Source: Alphaproteobacteria bacterium
Lineage (GTDB): Bacteria > Pseudomonadota > Alphaproteobacteria > UBA828
Assembly: GCA_965214705.1 (NCBI GenBank)
Contig: OZ243972.1
Coordinates: forward strand, 1,824,001 to 1,888,000
Reading direction: 5' to 3'
DNA: 64,000 nt
Part shown: in pieces, positions 37,452 to 47,978 of the stretch
Numbering within the stretch: position 1 is the first letter of the stretch
Layout: every line of letters starts with the position of its first letter
Notes under the pieces: generated by a model
Database searches by the model: none
The model's input: the letters and a program-made list of their open reading frames with translations, nothing else
What the model was told of the DNA's origin: nothing
Position numbers and translations under genes: made by a program

Positions 37452-39119
37452 ATGGTCGATTCGCTTCAAACCCAGGCTCAGTTGATCGCGGCTCTGCGGG
37501 CGACGATCGCCGCGCAAGCGGAAACGATCCTTGAGTTGCGTGCCGAGAACGAGCGTCTCAAGGAGACGGTCGCCGTGCACACCGAGACAATCGAGATGCT
37601 CAAGGCCGAGATCCGCCAACTCAAGAGACTGCCCGGCAAGCCGGATATCAAACCGGGCGCGGGCGACGGAGACGGCAAGGGCTCGGGCGGCAAGGGCCTG
37701 GAGGGAGGCCGGCGCTCTTCGGGCGCCTCGAAGAAGCGGCGAGGCCGCAAGCGGGGCCGCGAAGAGGCGAAGCGGGTGGTGCTGTCCGTGCCGGACGCGC
37801 CCGAGGGCTCGGTTCACAAGGATTACCAGGACTATCACGCCCAACTGCTGGAACTCGACGTCTGCAACGTCGTCTTTCAGCGCGAGCGCGTGGTGACGCC
37901 GGACGGGCGCATCGTCGTCGCTGAGCTGCCGGACGGCGTGATCGGCGGCTTCAACCTGGAGCTGCATCGCTTTGTGCTGATGCTCTATCACCAGGGCCAG
38001 AGCACGATCCCGCGCATCACTGCCCTGCTCGATGCGATCGGCCTCGACATCTCGGAGCGCCAGGTGCGGCGCATGCTGACCGGGAACAGGGAGCCGTTCG
38101 TCGGCGAGGCGGCGGAGATCCTGAAGGCGGGTCTTGAAGGGGCGGCCTGGATCTCGGTCGACGACACCGGCGCGCGCCATCAAGGCCGCAACGGCTATTG
38201 CATCTCGATCGGCAACGATTGCTTCGGCTGGTTCGGAACGACGGGGTCGAAGAGCCGGCTGAGCTTCCTCGACACGATGTGCGGCGCCCTCGGCGAGTAC
38301 GTGCTGAACGATGAAGCGTTCCGGTACATGGAGAGCCACGGCATGCCGCGTCGGGCGCTTGACGCGTTGAGGGGGCATGCCGGTGGTCGGTTTGACGGGC
38401 CTGACCTGTGGATGGCGTTCCTCGACGGGCTCGGGATCGACGCCCCCAGGGCCCGGCTCCTCGCCACCGAGGGCGCCCGGCTCGGCTGTCTGTTCGCCCA
38501 TGGCCTGCTGCGCGAGGACAGCGCCATCCTGAGCGACGACGCCGGCCAGTTCGACCTCGGCCTGCACCAGTTCCTGTGCTGGATCCATGCCGAACGGCTC
38601 TACCGCACGTTGCCGGTCTGGAGCGACGCGAGCCGTGCGGCCGTCGATGAGGTGCGCGGCGGCATCTGGCGGACCTACCGGCTGCTCGGCGCCTATTGCC
38701 GCCAGCCAAGCCCCCGCAGACGCGCCGTCGTCGAGCGCAGCTTCGCGCGCACCTTCCGGGCCGGCACCGGCTACCGCCTGCTCGACGAGCAGATCGGGCG
38801 CACCCTCGCAAACCGCGACAAGCTGCTCGCCGTGCTCGACCGCCCCGACGTGCCTGCCCACAACAATCAGCGCGAGGGCGACCTTCGCGTCTGTGTCGTC
38901 CGCCGCAAGGTCTCGGGCGGAACCCGCTCGGATCGAGGCCGTGCCTGCCGCGACGCCTTCCTCACCCACATGAAGACCTGTGCCCGCCATGGTATCTCAT
39001 TCTGGAACTACCTCGGTGACCGCCTGGGCATCCCAGGTGCCGAAAGTGTCCCCTGGCTCCCGGACCTCGCGCGCCAGCGACCGACCGCTGGCCCAGTGCT
39101 CGCCCCGCAGGCCATCTGA
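37452..39119 (+). CDS. IS66-family transposase (single-ORF type)
   Basis: N-terminal coiled coil, SVDDTGARH, LSDDAGQF, LCWIHAER, HNNQREGDLR..V.RRKVSGGTRS. Confidence 0.9.
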   Translation: MVDSLQTQAQLIAALRATIAAQAETILELRAENERLKETVAVHTETIEMLKAEIRQLKRLPGKPDIKPGAGDGDGKGSGGKGLEGGRRSSGASKKRRGRKRGREEAKRVVLSVPDAPEGSVHKDYQDYHAQLLELDVCNVVFQRERVVTPDGRIVVAELPDGVIGGFNLELHRFVLMLYHQGQSTIPRITALLDAIGLDISERQVRRMLTGNREPFVGEAAEILKAGLEGAAWISVDDTGARHQGRNGYCISIGNDCFGWFGTTGSKSRLSFLDTMCGALGEYVLNDEAFRYMESHGMPRRALDALRGHAGGRFDGPDLWMAFLDGLGIDAPRARLLATEGARLGCLFAHGLLREDSAILSDDAGQFDLGLHQFLCWIHAERLYRTLPVWSDASRAAVDEVRGGIWRTYRLLGAYCRQPSPRRRAVVERSFARTFRAGTGYRLLDEQIGRTLANRDKLLAVLDRPDVPAHNNQREGDLRVCVVRRKVSGGTRSDRGRACRDAFLTHMKTCARHGISFWNYLGDRLGIPGAESVPWLPDLARQRPTAGPVLAPQAI

Positions 39120-39646
39120 GATCCTGCCCAAACCGGCCCTCAAGGGCGACTATCACGCCGCTTCATCCCAGGATTTGCCCCTCTTACGCTCCAAGTCTTG
39201 ATTGACTGAACATGCGCCAACAACGATCAAGGTCAACGCAAGCATGGGCCACTTCATTGTGTTCTCCTGATTTTATCTACTGCGGAGGTTGCACTCCAAT
39301 CGGGGGCAGGAGTTCTCGCATCCCCGTTAGCTGTGGACAATGGGCTCGCCGGGGTCCGAGATCAACGCCGCCATCCGCCGCGGCCTCGAAGACGAAGGGG
39401 TGCTGCACGGCCCAGAGCTGGGTGTTGTGCGGCGCGAAAGTGCGCCGAACAACACCTCAGGCTTGTGAGACTTTCTTGCCATCGTCGATCCTCCTCTTTC
39501 CATAACCTAAGGCTGGACCAATCTCATGGTGGAGGATCACTCTGCCTTACATTCGAGACTACTACTAATTTTCAATTCCTGGAGATCTATTTCGGTTTGA
39601 GAGTATACAGAAGTATCGCAACTGTAAATCGTGTAAACGTCCTTTG

Positions 39647-39763
39647 CTACGAGATGGTGGAAATCTCTGGGGCCTCACCTTCTCCCACAATCACTAATTT
39701 CGCGGTAAGGGGAACAGTTCTCTGTTGGTTCGTTATATGGAGCATTCCGTCGAAAGTGATGTT
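39647..39763 (-). CDS. 3' exon of a small secreted protein split by the RT intron
   Basis: Joining to 47278 gives in-frame ...IQDG|NITFDGMLHITNQQRTVPLTAKLVIVGEGEAPEISTIS*. Confidence 0.55.
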   Translation of the reverse strand, partial: NITFDGMLHITNQQRTVPLTAKLVIVGEGEAPEISTIS

Positions 39764-39835
39764 TTTGCGGTAGGAACGCCGGTTACCCAGCGCCCCCCGC
39801 ACAGATCCCCGCAGGCCCGTTAGGGCACGAGGCTC

Positions 39836-40021
39836 CTACCTTGAGTGGTTGACGGCAAATCGCTGGTTTGGCCAAGGGTGGCGGATGCTCAGTGGCGGCC
39901 AAAAGGCCCGCGCCAGGGCGCCGACCTTGGCCAGCGTGAAGCGGTCCTTTTGGGATCGGCGCCGCAGCACGCGACGCCATAGCCGCACGAGCCGGAACGT
40001 GAACTGCTTGAGGTACGGGAA
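39836..40021 (-). pseudogene. Group II intron RT/maturase, separated 3' end
   Basis: FPYLKQF...WRRVLRRRSQK...IRHPWPNQRF continues VPTS in frame once 40022-45624 is removed. Confidence 0.85.
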
Positions 40022-40025
40022 GGTT

Positions 40026-40067
40026 AAGGGTTGGGCAGGCTCTCTCTCGAGAGCCTGCCCAACCCTT
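40026..40067. repeat. Perfect 19-bp-stem terminal hairpin
   Basis: AAGGGTTGGGCAGGCTCTC-tctc-GAGAGCCTGCCCAACCCTT. Confidence 0.95.
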
Positions 40068-40185
40068 TTGAACGGAGGCGCGGGCCACGAGAGGCGAAGT
40101 TGAGCGTAAGCGTTACGCAGACCCCATGCCGGAATCTGGGTTGACTACGAGGGGGACTTGTTGAGGAGCGCCGTGAGCGCGCGAG

Positions 40186-41901
40186 TCAATTTGTCTCGGG
40201 CTCGAAGTTCCACGGCAGCAGTTCCTGGATTTTGGACTGCGGGTGACCCTTGGCGATCTTCTCGAGCGTGCTCCGCATCCAGGCGTAAGGCTCGACGCCG
40301 TTCATCTTGCAGGTCTCGATCAGCGATGCGATGCGGGCCCAGGCTTGCGCACCCTCGTCGTTGCCGGCGAAGAGCGCATTCTTGGCGGTGAGCTTCAGCG
40401 GGCGGATTCGGTTTTCCACCAGGTTCGAGTCGATCTCGACGCGGCCGTCGTGCAGGAACTCCAGCAGCCCGTCCCACTGGTTGGCGATATAGGTGAGCTT
40501 CTCGCCGAGACGCGAGCGCGGTGAGACCCGCGAGCGCTGTTCGTCGAGCCAGACACCGAAGGCGTTCACGATCGGCGCCGACTCCTCCCAGCGGATCGCC
40601 TGACGCGTCGCCGGCGGCTCGCCCCGGATCTTCTCCTCGATCGCATAGAGCGTCGCGATCCGCTTCAGGCCAGCCAGCGCGATCGGCGAGGCGCTCGAGT
40701 CGTACACCTCTTTCAGCTTGCGCCTGACGTGCGCCCAGCACAGAGCCCGCGTCACGGGGCCGCCGGGCCGGTCCGGCCGCGCCAGGATGTTGTGGCCCGA
40801 GTAGGCGTCGAGCTGCACCGTCCCCGAAAAGCCCTTCAAGAGCCTGGCGCCATACTTGCCGCCGCGACCGGGCTCATAGCGATAGACAACGCCCGGCGGG
40901 TCGGCGCCGCTCCAGTGGCGCTCGTCGCGCACAAGGGTCCACATGTAGCCCGTCTTCGTCTTGCCCCGGCCCGGGTCGAGAACGCGGATCGTGGTCTCGT
41001 CCAGACCCAGGTGATCCGACTTCTTCAGCTCATCCTTCAGGCAAGCGACCACGGGGCGCAGGTGAAACGACGCCTGCCCCACCCACGTCGCCAGCGTCGC
41101 ACGGTGAACCTCGATCCCCGAGCGCTCGTAAATCTGCGACTGACGGTAGAGCGGGCAATGATCGCCGTACTTCGCGATCAGCACCTGCGCCAGAAGAGCC
41201 TCGGTGGGAAGGCCGCCCTCCACCAGAGAGGCGGGCGCCGACGCCTGCACCACCCCGCCGCCCTTGCACTTGTTGCAGGCGTAGCGGGGGCGCACGGTCT
41301 CGATGACGGTGAACTTCGCCGGCTCATAGTCCAGCCGCTCGCTGCGGTCCTCGCCGATCTTCGTCATCTCGCCGCAGCCGCAGGGGCACATGATCGTGTC
41401 CGGCTCGATCACCTCCTCGCGCCGGTCGACCTGGGGCCCGAAGCGCACCCCGCTGCGCGACCCCCGGGAAGAGCGCCGCCGGCGCTTGCCGCCAGCCCCC
41501 TCGTCCTGCTCCTGGTCATCTGCCTCGGGCCGACCGCCGGCTTCAGCGATCGCCGCCCAAAACTCCTCGAACGTAAGCTGGCGCTCGTCCTCGTTGAGCT
41601 TCTCGGAGCGCGGACCGAACAGCGCCTTCCTGAGCTCCTTGTTGAGATGCTCAAGCCGGCTGATCTGCTCCGCGCTGTGCGCGTTCTCGGCCTCCAGCCG
41701 TGCCGCCCGCGCTTCCGCCGTCTGCCTCGCCGCCTCCGCCGCGCCGCGTGCCTGCTCCGCTTCGCATAGGGCTGCTTCGGTCGCACGGCGCGCCGCGCGC
41801 TCCTCGGCAAGCTCCGCCTGCAGGGTCGCCAGCGCCGCCGAAACCACCGCAGGCGACGGCGAACCGGCGCTGCTGAGGGGTGAGGGCGTGACCTTCGGCA
41901 T
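40186..41901 (-). CDS. tnpC: IS66 transposase TnpC
   Basis: LFGPRSEK, CPCGC, GLDETT, LDAYSG, CWAHVRRK, DSNLVENRIRP, ELLPWN. Confidence 0.95.
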   Translation of the reverse strand: MPKVTPSPLSSAGSPSPAVVSAALATLQAELAEERAARRATEAALCEAEQARGAAEAARQTAEARAARLEAENAHSAEQISRLEHLNKELRKALFGPRSEKLNEDERQLTFEEFWAAIAEAGGRPEADDQEQDEGAGGKRRRRSSRGSRSGVRFGPQVDRREEVIEPDTIMCPCGCGEMTKIGEDRSERLDYEPAKFTVIETVRPRYACNKCKGGGVVQASAPASLVEGGLPTEALLAQVLIAKYGDHCPLYRQSQIYERSGIEVHRATLATWVGQASFHLRPVVACLKDELKKSDHLGLDETTIRVLDPGRGKTKTGYMWTLVRDERHWSGADPPGVVYRYEPGRGGKYGARLLKGFSGTVQLDAYSGHNILARPDRPGGPVTRALCWAHVRRKLKEVYDSSASPIALAGLKRIATLYAIEEKIRGEPPATRQAIRWEESAPIVNAFGVWLDEQRSRVSPRSRLGEKLTYIANQWDGLLEFLHDGRVEIDSNLVENRIRPLKLTAKNALFAGNDEGAQAWARIASLIETCKMNGVEPYAWMRSTLEKIAKGHPQSKIQELLPWNFEPETN

Positions 41902-41994
41902 GGCCGATCCCTTAATCCGATTCGCCAATGCGTGACCAGGGAAAAGTGCAGGCGGGACCTCGACAAAAATCTGCGGACCCGCCTGCGTCTCGCC

Positions 41995-42345
41995 TCACTC
42001 CGCCGCCAGCGGGCGGCGAACCGGGCGGGCCTTCACCCGGCGCCAGTCGAGGCCCTCGAAGAGAGCCTCGAACTGGCCCTTCGTAAGGCGAATCACACCG
42101 TCCTCGATCCGGGGCCAGGCGAAGCGGCCTTGCTCCAGACGCTTGTAGGTCATCACCAGACCGGTCCCGTCCCAGGTGAGAAGCTTGAGCCTGTCCCCGC
42201 GGCGCGAGCGGAAGATCACGATCACCCCGGAATAGATATCGAGGTCCAGCTCCCTCGCCGCCGTCGCCGCAAGCGCGTCGTGGCCGCGACGAAAATCAAC
42301 CGGACGCGTCGCCAACACGATGCGAAGCGAGGGCACCGCGATCAT
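41995..42345 (-). CDS. tnpB: IS66 accessory protein TnpB
   Basis: PVDFRRGHDAL, FRSRRGDRLKLLTWDGTG, KRLEQGRFAWP. Confidence 0.95.
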   Translation of the reverse strand: MIAVPSLRIVLATRPVDFRRGHDALAATAARELDLDIYSGVIVIFRSRRGDRLKLLTWDGTGLVMTYKRLEQGRFAWPRIEDGVIRLTKGQFEALFEGLDWRRVKARPVRRPLAAE

Positions 42346-42944
42346 GACGACGCACGACCCAGGCCCGAGGCCACAGCCACGATCCGATCGACCGCGCTCT
42401 CCACCGGAAGGCGAACGACGACGCCCAGCGCCTCAATCGCGACCGTCCGCTCGGACGCAGACCCGTCAACTACAACCGGAATATAGGGGGGCGAAGACCC
42501 GGCTCCCTGCCGATCGCCACCAGCGTCACTCGCCGCCTGGCGACGCCAGGTGCGCAGCGTCTTCTCGCTGATGCCGTGACGGCGGGCAACTGCCGATATC
42601 GATGCATCCGGGCGCTCGCTCTCCGCAACAATCCGCGCCTTCACATCAGCCGGCCAAGGCCGGCCACGCCGCTTCCCGGAAGCCGCTGACCGACTGCGCC
42701 ACTGACGAAGAGTTTGTGCGCTGATGCCGTGGCGAGCCGCGACCTCCTTCTGCACAACTCCCGGCCTGTCGCTCTCCGCGACGATCCGTGCCTTCTCCTC
42801 GGCGGACCATGACCGCCGAGTGTGATCAGCCGGAACAGTTGCCGTAGATGGGGCTGCGGCAGATGGGGCGGCCTCTTCAGGCGCTCGCGCCTCGACCGAG
42901 TGACCGCCGAACTCGTGGCCACGCAGAAAATCCAAATCCTTCAT
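42342..42944 (-). CDS. tnpA: IS66 TnpA with two HTH domains
   Basis: WSAEEKARIVAES..VAARHGIS..LRQWR and WPADVKARIVAES..VARRHGIS..LRTWR. Confidence 0.85.
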   Translation of the reverse strand: MKDLDFLRGHEFGGHSVEARAPEEAAPSAAAPSTATVPADHTRRSWSAEEKARIVAESDRPGVVQKEVAARHGISAQTLRQWRSRSAASGKRRGRPWPADVKARIVAESERPDASISAVARRHGISEKTLRTWRRQAASDAGGDRQGAGSSPPYIPVVVDGSASERTVAIEALGVVVRLPVESAVDRIVAVASGLGRASS

Positions 42945-43266
42945 CGCGATGCCTCCTCCAAGGCTCCTTGCCAAGGCCAAGAGTCAGCCGCGAAATCAGA
43001 TGCGTTGGAAGTATGGGGCCTCGATACCGCTTACAGTTGAGCTATGTGGAAAGTGCGCTGATGTCAGCGTCAGGCGGCATCCACCGGCAGCAGAGTTGCG
43101 CATGAGATCGACGCTCGCGCCGGCCTTTCGGCAGGCATGCGGGCGCACGCTGCGAGGACTGAGCGGGGTGTGAGCCGAGGGCTGTCAGCCCGGCCCAAGC
43201 GGAGACAGGTTCGGTCGTGCGTCGGCGCTTTGGCGCCGTTGCGCGGGGCCGAAGCGAGCGGGCGTC

Positions 43267-44508
43267 TCACGGTTTCCCCCTGTGGGTCGGCGGCACGGCC
43301 GGCGGACCGCGCGTCGAGCGGGGCTCATGGCGGCGGCGGATTTCGCGGACGAGGCGCATGACGCCGCCGCAGTGGGGGCAGGCCACGGGCGCGGTGTCGA
43401 TCACGGTCTCTTCGTCGGGCTCGGCCCGAGCGCCGCCCACGCTTTCCTCGGGGACGGCGCAGCCGAGGGCGCCGAGAGTCTGGCGTGCTCTCTCCAGCGT
43501 GCTGGCGCGGCAGCCGTTGGCGAGAATGCCGAAGTAGCGGATGCGGTGCATGCCGTCCGGCAGGACGTGCATCAGGAAGCGGCGGATGAACTCGTCTGCG
43601 CTCACGGTGGCGATGCCGTAGCGCGGCTTTCTCTGCCCCGGCGCCTTGGGCTTGCGGTGGCGGAAGGAGACCGTCTCGCCGTCGAAGGAGACGATGCGGC
43701 TGTCGGAGATGGCGATCCTGTGCGTGTAGTGCGAGAGGTACCGGAAGACCTGCTCAGGCCCGCGGAAGGGCCGCTTGGCGTAGACCACCCAGTCCCTGGC
43801 CCGGGCGGCGGCAAGCGTGGCGTGGAACTCGCCGGGATTGGCGAGGTGGGCGAGGGTGCCGTGGAACTCCAGGTCCCCCCGGCCGTGGGCGCGGGCGAGC
43901 TCCTTGAGGAAGAGGCGGCGGAACAGGCTGCCGAGGACCTTGACGGGGGCGAGGAAGGTGGTGCTCCCCGTCTTCCACTCGCCGCTGTCTACGTCGAAGC
44001 CCGCGTTGGGCACGACCACGTGCAGGTGCGGGTGGAAGCGGAGCTTCTGATCCCAGGTATGGAGGACCGCGGTGCCGCCGATGCGCATGCCGCCGTGGCG
44101 GGGATCGGCGGCGATGGTGCGCAGGGTCTCGGCGACGGCCCGGAAGAGGATGTCGAACACCACCCTGCGGTTGCAGAAGGCAATGGCGGCAACCTCCTTG
44201 GGCAGGGTGAAGACCACATGGAAGTAGGGCACCGGCAGGATGTCCCCGGCGCGCTCCTCGCTCCAGAGGTTGGCGGCGAGACCCTGGCAGGTGGGGCAGT
44301 GGCGGTTGCGGCAGGAGTTGAAGAGCGGATGCTCGCGCCCGCAGCCCTCGCAGGCGTACATGTGGCCGCCGAGCACGGCGGTGCGGCACGCCTCGATGGC
44401 GCCCATGACCTTGAGCCGGGCGGCGTCGATGCGCCCTTTGTGGCGCTCACGGAAAGCGGCGCCGGCGCGGCGGAGGATCTCCGCCACGCCCGCGCGTTCG
44501 GCCTCCAC
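43267..44508 (-). CDS. IS91-like (Y2 HUH) transposase with zinc-binding domain
   Basis: CRT..LGGH, SCRNRHCPTCQ, YFHVVFTLP, LHTW..HPHLH, YLSHYTHR, HVLP.G..RIRYFG. Confidence 0.93.
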   Translation of the reverse strand: MEAERAGVAEILRRAGAAFRERHKGRIDAARLKVMGAIEACRTAVLGGHMYACEGCGREHPLFNSCRNRHCPTCQGLAANLWSEERAGDILPVPYFHVVFTLPKEVAAIAFCNRRVVFDILFRAVAETLRTIAADPRHGGMRIGGTAVLHTWDQKLRFHPHLHVVVPNAGFDVDSGEWKTGSTTFLAPVKVLGSLFRRLFLKELARAHGRGDLEFHGTLAHLANPGEFHATLAAARARDWVVYAKRPFRGPEQVFRYLSHYTHRIAISDSRIVSFDGETVSFRHRKPKAPGQRKPRYGIATVSADEFIRRFLMHVLPDGMHRIRYFGILANGCRASTLERARQTLGALGCAVPEESVGGARAEPDEETVIDTAPVACPHCGGVMRLVREIRRRHEPRSTRGPPAVPPTHRGKP

Positions 44509-44514
44509 GCGCCG

Positions 44515-45393
44515 TCAGTTGCGCAACGCTGCGAAGCCTGAGATCGGGTGGTCGAGGCCCTCGAACATCTTGCCGGTGACGCGGGCGTAGTGACGGGTCG
44601 TGTTCGCGCTTCGATGGCCGAGCATGTCCCGGATCACCTCGATATCGCCGCCGCGCTCGAGGAGATGGGTCGCCGCCGAATGGCGCAGGCAATGGAAGGT
44701 GTAGCTGCGGTCGAGCTCGGCAATGTCGCGCGCCCTCCTGAAGGCGGCCTGCAAGGTCTCCGTTGCGATGGGCCTGTCGAGCGAGACGCCGTAGAAGAGC
44801 CAGCTCGTCGGACGCGGCCAGATGTTCCTGTAGTAGGCGCGCAAGTAGTGGATGACGCTGTCCGGCAACGGTGCCATTCTCTCGGTGCCGCCTTTGCCGG
44901 AGGGGATGTGTAGCAGCTTCTTCTCCGACAGGATGTCGCCGACCTTGATGGCCAAGGTCTCGGAGATGCGGAGCCCGCCGCCATAGCCGGTGACAATGGC
45001 AGCACGGTGGCGGAGGTCGGGCGTCGCAAGGATGAGGTGCTCGACCTCCTGCTCCGACATGTAGCGCGGCAGCTTGCCGGGCTTCTTGCGGGAGCGCAGG
45101 CCGGCGACGTGGTCAGGCCAGCCGAGTGTGTCGATGTAGAGGAAGTTCAGCGCGGCGAAGGAGACGTTGGTCGTGCCCGGACTGAGCCCCTTGTCGATCC
45201 GCCCCAGGTACCACTGGCGCACCTGCTCGGCGTCGAGCTCGTCCGGCGAGGCGTCGTAGTACCTGGCCAGGTTCTTGATCTCGCAGATGTAGGCCTTGGA
45301 CGTGCTCGCGGCCAGATTGGCGATGCGGAGCTGCTCCTCCATGCGCTGGCGAAGAGGGGTGACGGTGTTCGTGTCGCACGCGGTCCCGGTCAT
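44515..45393 (-). CDS. Tyrosine recombinase (Xer/IntI-like) paired with the IS91-like transposase
   Basis: PLRQRM, GLRISE, GKGGTER, HCLRHSAATHLLE, LGH, TTRHY. Confidence 0.93.
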   Translation of the reverse strand: MTGTACDTNTVTPLRQRMEEQLRIANLAASTSKAYICEIKNLARYYDASPDELDAEQVRQWYLGRIDKGLSPGTTNVSFAALNFLYIDTLGWPDHVAGLRSRKKPGKLPRYMSEQEVEHLILATPDLRHRAAIVTGYGGGLRISETLAIKVGDILSEKKLLHIPSGKGGTERMAPLPDSVIHYLRAYYRNIWPRPTSWLFYGVSLDRPIATETLQAAFRRARDIAELDRSYTFHCLRHSAATHLLERGGDIEVIRDMLGHRSANTTRHYARVTGKMFEGLDHPISGFAALRN

Positions 45394-45624
45394 TATCGAT
45401 CTCCCTGGATCGCGACGGCGCGCCGCCGGACCGATCCGGCGACGGTCCGTCGCAGGGGTCGATGCTAACCACTGGTGATCGGGAGGCTGCTGGGGATCCG
45501 CCACTCGACGGGCGGAGCGCCACTGACGCAACCGGGAAGCGAACGCACAGGGCAAACGGCACCCGCGACGCCTCGGAAATGAATGAACTCTACGCCGCTA
45601 ACTCCGCGTAGCGGCTTCGTTCAA

Positions 45625-46917
45625 GCTGGTTGGGACGGCATAGTATCGAAGCCATCCGTCCACGACCCTCCCAAGCCATTTTGCAACCTCGTACCGGTCA
45701 TGGTGCATCCTTCGGCGCAGTTCGGCCTTGATGCGCTTGAGGGTTCGGTTGACCCGGCTTCGCATCGGTTTCCGGCCCAGACCGGGACGTCCGGTCCTCG
45801 TGGTCCGGCAGTAATGCGTGAACCCGAGGAAGTCGAACGTTTCGGGACGCCGCTCGCCTCGCGCCCGCCGGCGTGCGATCGCCCGCTGGCCAAACTCGAT
45901 GAGCCGCGTCTTGTCCGGGTGGAGGTCGAGCGAGAACAAAGCCAGCCTCGCCTTCAAGTCGCGCAGGAACCGTTCCGCGTCGCTCTTGTGCTCGAAACCG
46001 ACCACAAAATCATCGGCGTAACGCACGATGATCGTGTCGCCGCAGGCCGTCCGCGAACGCCATTTCTGGAACCACAGGTCGAGCACATAGTGGAGGTAGA
46101 CGTTCGCGAGAATCGGCGAAGCCACCGCCCCTTGCGGGGTGCCCACCAGCGTGTCTGACCATGCGCCCTCTTCGATGACGCCCGCGTTGAGCCACTTGGC
46201 GATCAGCCGGAGTGCCCGCCGATCCCCGATGCGATGGCCCAAGAACCGGAGCGTCCAGTTCCTGTCCAGGTTATCGAAGAACCCACGGATGTCGGCGTCA
46301 ACGATCCAGTTGACCCGGCGTCGGTCGATCCCGTACGCCAGAGCATCGAGCGCGTCGTGCGCCCCACGCCCCGGACGGAACCCATAGCTGAACCCGAGGA
46401 AGGCCGGCTCGTAAATTGGCGTCAGGATAATCTCCGTCACCGCCTTCTGGACGATCTTGTCCTCTAGCGCGGCGACGCCGAGCGGTCGTGTCCCGCCGTC
46501 TGGCTTGGGTATCTCTACCCGCCGGACCGGCGGCGCCCGATACGCTCCGGTCTGTACGCGACGGTGAAGGTCGAGCAGCCGCTCTTCCAGCCCCTCCGCG
46601 TACTGAGCCCATGTCATGCCGTCTACCCCCGCTGCGGCGTCCCGCTTCAGCGCGTGGAAGGCCCAGCGCAGCGCGTCCGGCGTGACATGATGCAAGAGCG
46701 CCGTCAGCTTCTCCCGCGGCTTCCTCGTTGCAGTTTGCCGTATCCGCTCGGCGGCCTGGGACACGCTTTCCCGGCTCTGCGTCCGGCGCGTGCTTTCGCG
46801 TCGCGGATTCCTCTCGGTTCCGGCCCTTCGCTTCATCGGCTCCGCCGGACCTCGCGGCCCCTTGTTCGCCGACTTCATCGCTACTATGGCCGAATCAGAT
46901 TGCTTCGACTCGTACAT
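45625..46917 (-). pseudogene. ltrA: Group II intron reverse transcriptase/maturase, 5' part
   Basis: AAGVDG, IPKPDGGTRPLG, SYGFRPGR, GTPQG, RYADD, FDFLGF; cut after VPTS; no endonuclease domain. Confidence 0.92.
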
Positions 46918-47277
46918 CTTCGATTCGGATATCCTCCTTTCTTCCGCGGCCCCGGTACGACCACCGGGGCAAGTCGAAGCCCTCCCGAGTCCCGGCACAG
47001 GGGTGTACGTGCGTCCATGGATTCCTCAGACAACGCGGAGCCCCGCAGTGCCTCACCAGAGCGGTCCTGCAGGTGTCGCCTTCGGCCGATGAGAAAACCT
47101 CGGCACTCCGGACCATAACATTTTCGATGCTCAATCATCCCGGCCACACGCGCCGCTACCGACGCTTCGACCGCACCCTCACGGATGCCGCCGCACGGCT
47201 CGCGGTGGAAGTAGTGGTTAGCCTTTCCTTCCCGTCGGACTCTCACCGACTCCCCTGCGCCAGTTAGCTCGGCGCTC

Positions 47278-47451
47278 CCCATCTTGGATTGAACTCATTT
47301 CTGTTGCGGTAAGTGTGGAGAATATCGAATTTCCGCCGTGAGAACGAACGGTGTCAACAGTGACGAATTTACCGTCAGCGACTGCATAAGTCGAACTCGC
47401 AACCATGGCGGTTGTCAGCATTCCGAAAGCAATATTGCGGAAGGTTTTCAT
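47278..47451 (-). CDS. 5' exon of a small secreted protein (intron host gene)
   Basis: AAGGAG RBS, signal-like MKTFRNIAFGMLTTAMVASSTYAVA; low GC. Confidence 0.6.
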
Positions 47452-47978
47452 TGGAAGTTTCTCCTTTCGTGGTTTCAGCGGTGATGTTCTCATTAGCCCG
47501 AATTATTTGTGTCTGGTTTGATTTTGGGGTGGCGGACGTAGCGTAAGCCGTTGCTATCAGGTAGGAATTCGTTGTTCGAGCGTCTTCCTCTCCGCACAAC
47601 GAAAGTGCCACGCCCGCCATGACCAACGATAGCCTTCCCCCCTTTGATGTGCCAAGGCCAGGACCGGGGGCTGGCTTGATGGCCGGAACACCGGGAGCCG
47701 CCGCCATGCGGCCCGCGCCAAGCGAAGGCCCTGCGCCTACATCGACATTGAACGAAGCCGCTACGCGGAGTTAGCGGCGTAGAGTTCATTCATTTCCGAG
47801 GCGTCGCGGGTGCCGTTTGTTCTGTGCGTTCGCTTCCCGGTTGCGTCAGTGGCGCTCCGCCCGTCGGGTGGCGGATCCCCAGCAGCCTCCCGATCACCAG
47901 TGGTTAGCATCGACCCCTGCGACGGACCGTCGCCGGATCGGTCCGGCGGCGCGCCGTCGCGATCCAGGGAGATCGATA

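Larger units (their letters stand above)
35825..39187 (+). mobile_element. Single-ORF IS66-family element carrying two introns in its left end
   Basis: IRs GTAAGTGGGGCAAATTCTGG (35825) / CCAGGATTTGCCCCTCTTAC (ending 39187); no matching 8-bp TSD, suggesting an adjacent deletion. Confidence 0.82.
40106..43034 (-). mobile_element. IS66-family element (tnpA-tnpB-tnpC)
   Basis: GTAAGCG...CGCTTAC ends; 8-bp TSD AGTTGAGC (40098-40105, 43035-43042). Confidence 0.95.
40022..45624 (-). mobile_element. Tyrosine recombinase + IS91-like transposase element, copy 1
   Basis: Ends match copy 2; removal restores the RT frame (PTS-FPY); contains an IS66. Confidence 0.88.
39764..47277 (-). mobile_element. RT-encoding group II intron (interrupted by nested elements)
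   Basis: 5' GAGCG at 47277; DV/DVI at ~39764-39835 ending CCTACCGCAAA; EBS1 CTCATC pairs with exon GATGGG (one G-U). Confidence 0.88.

Noticed and set aside
47278-47285. Intron 5' exon AAGATGGG equals the IS1634 IR tip
   Set aside because: Only 8 bp, within a coding exon; likely coincidence.
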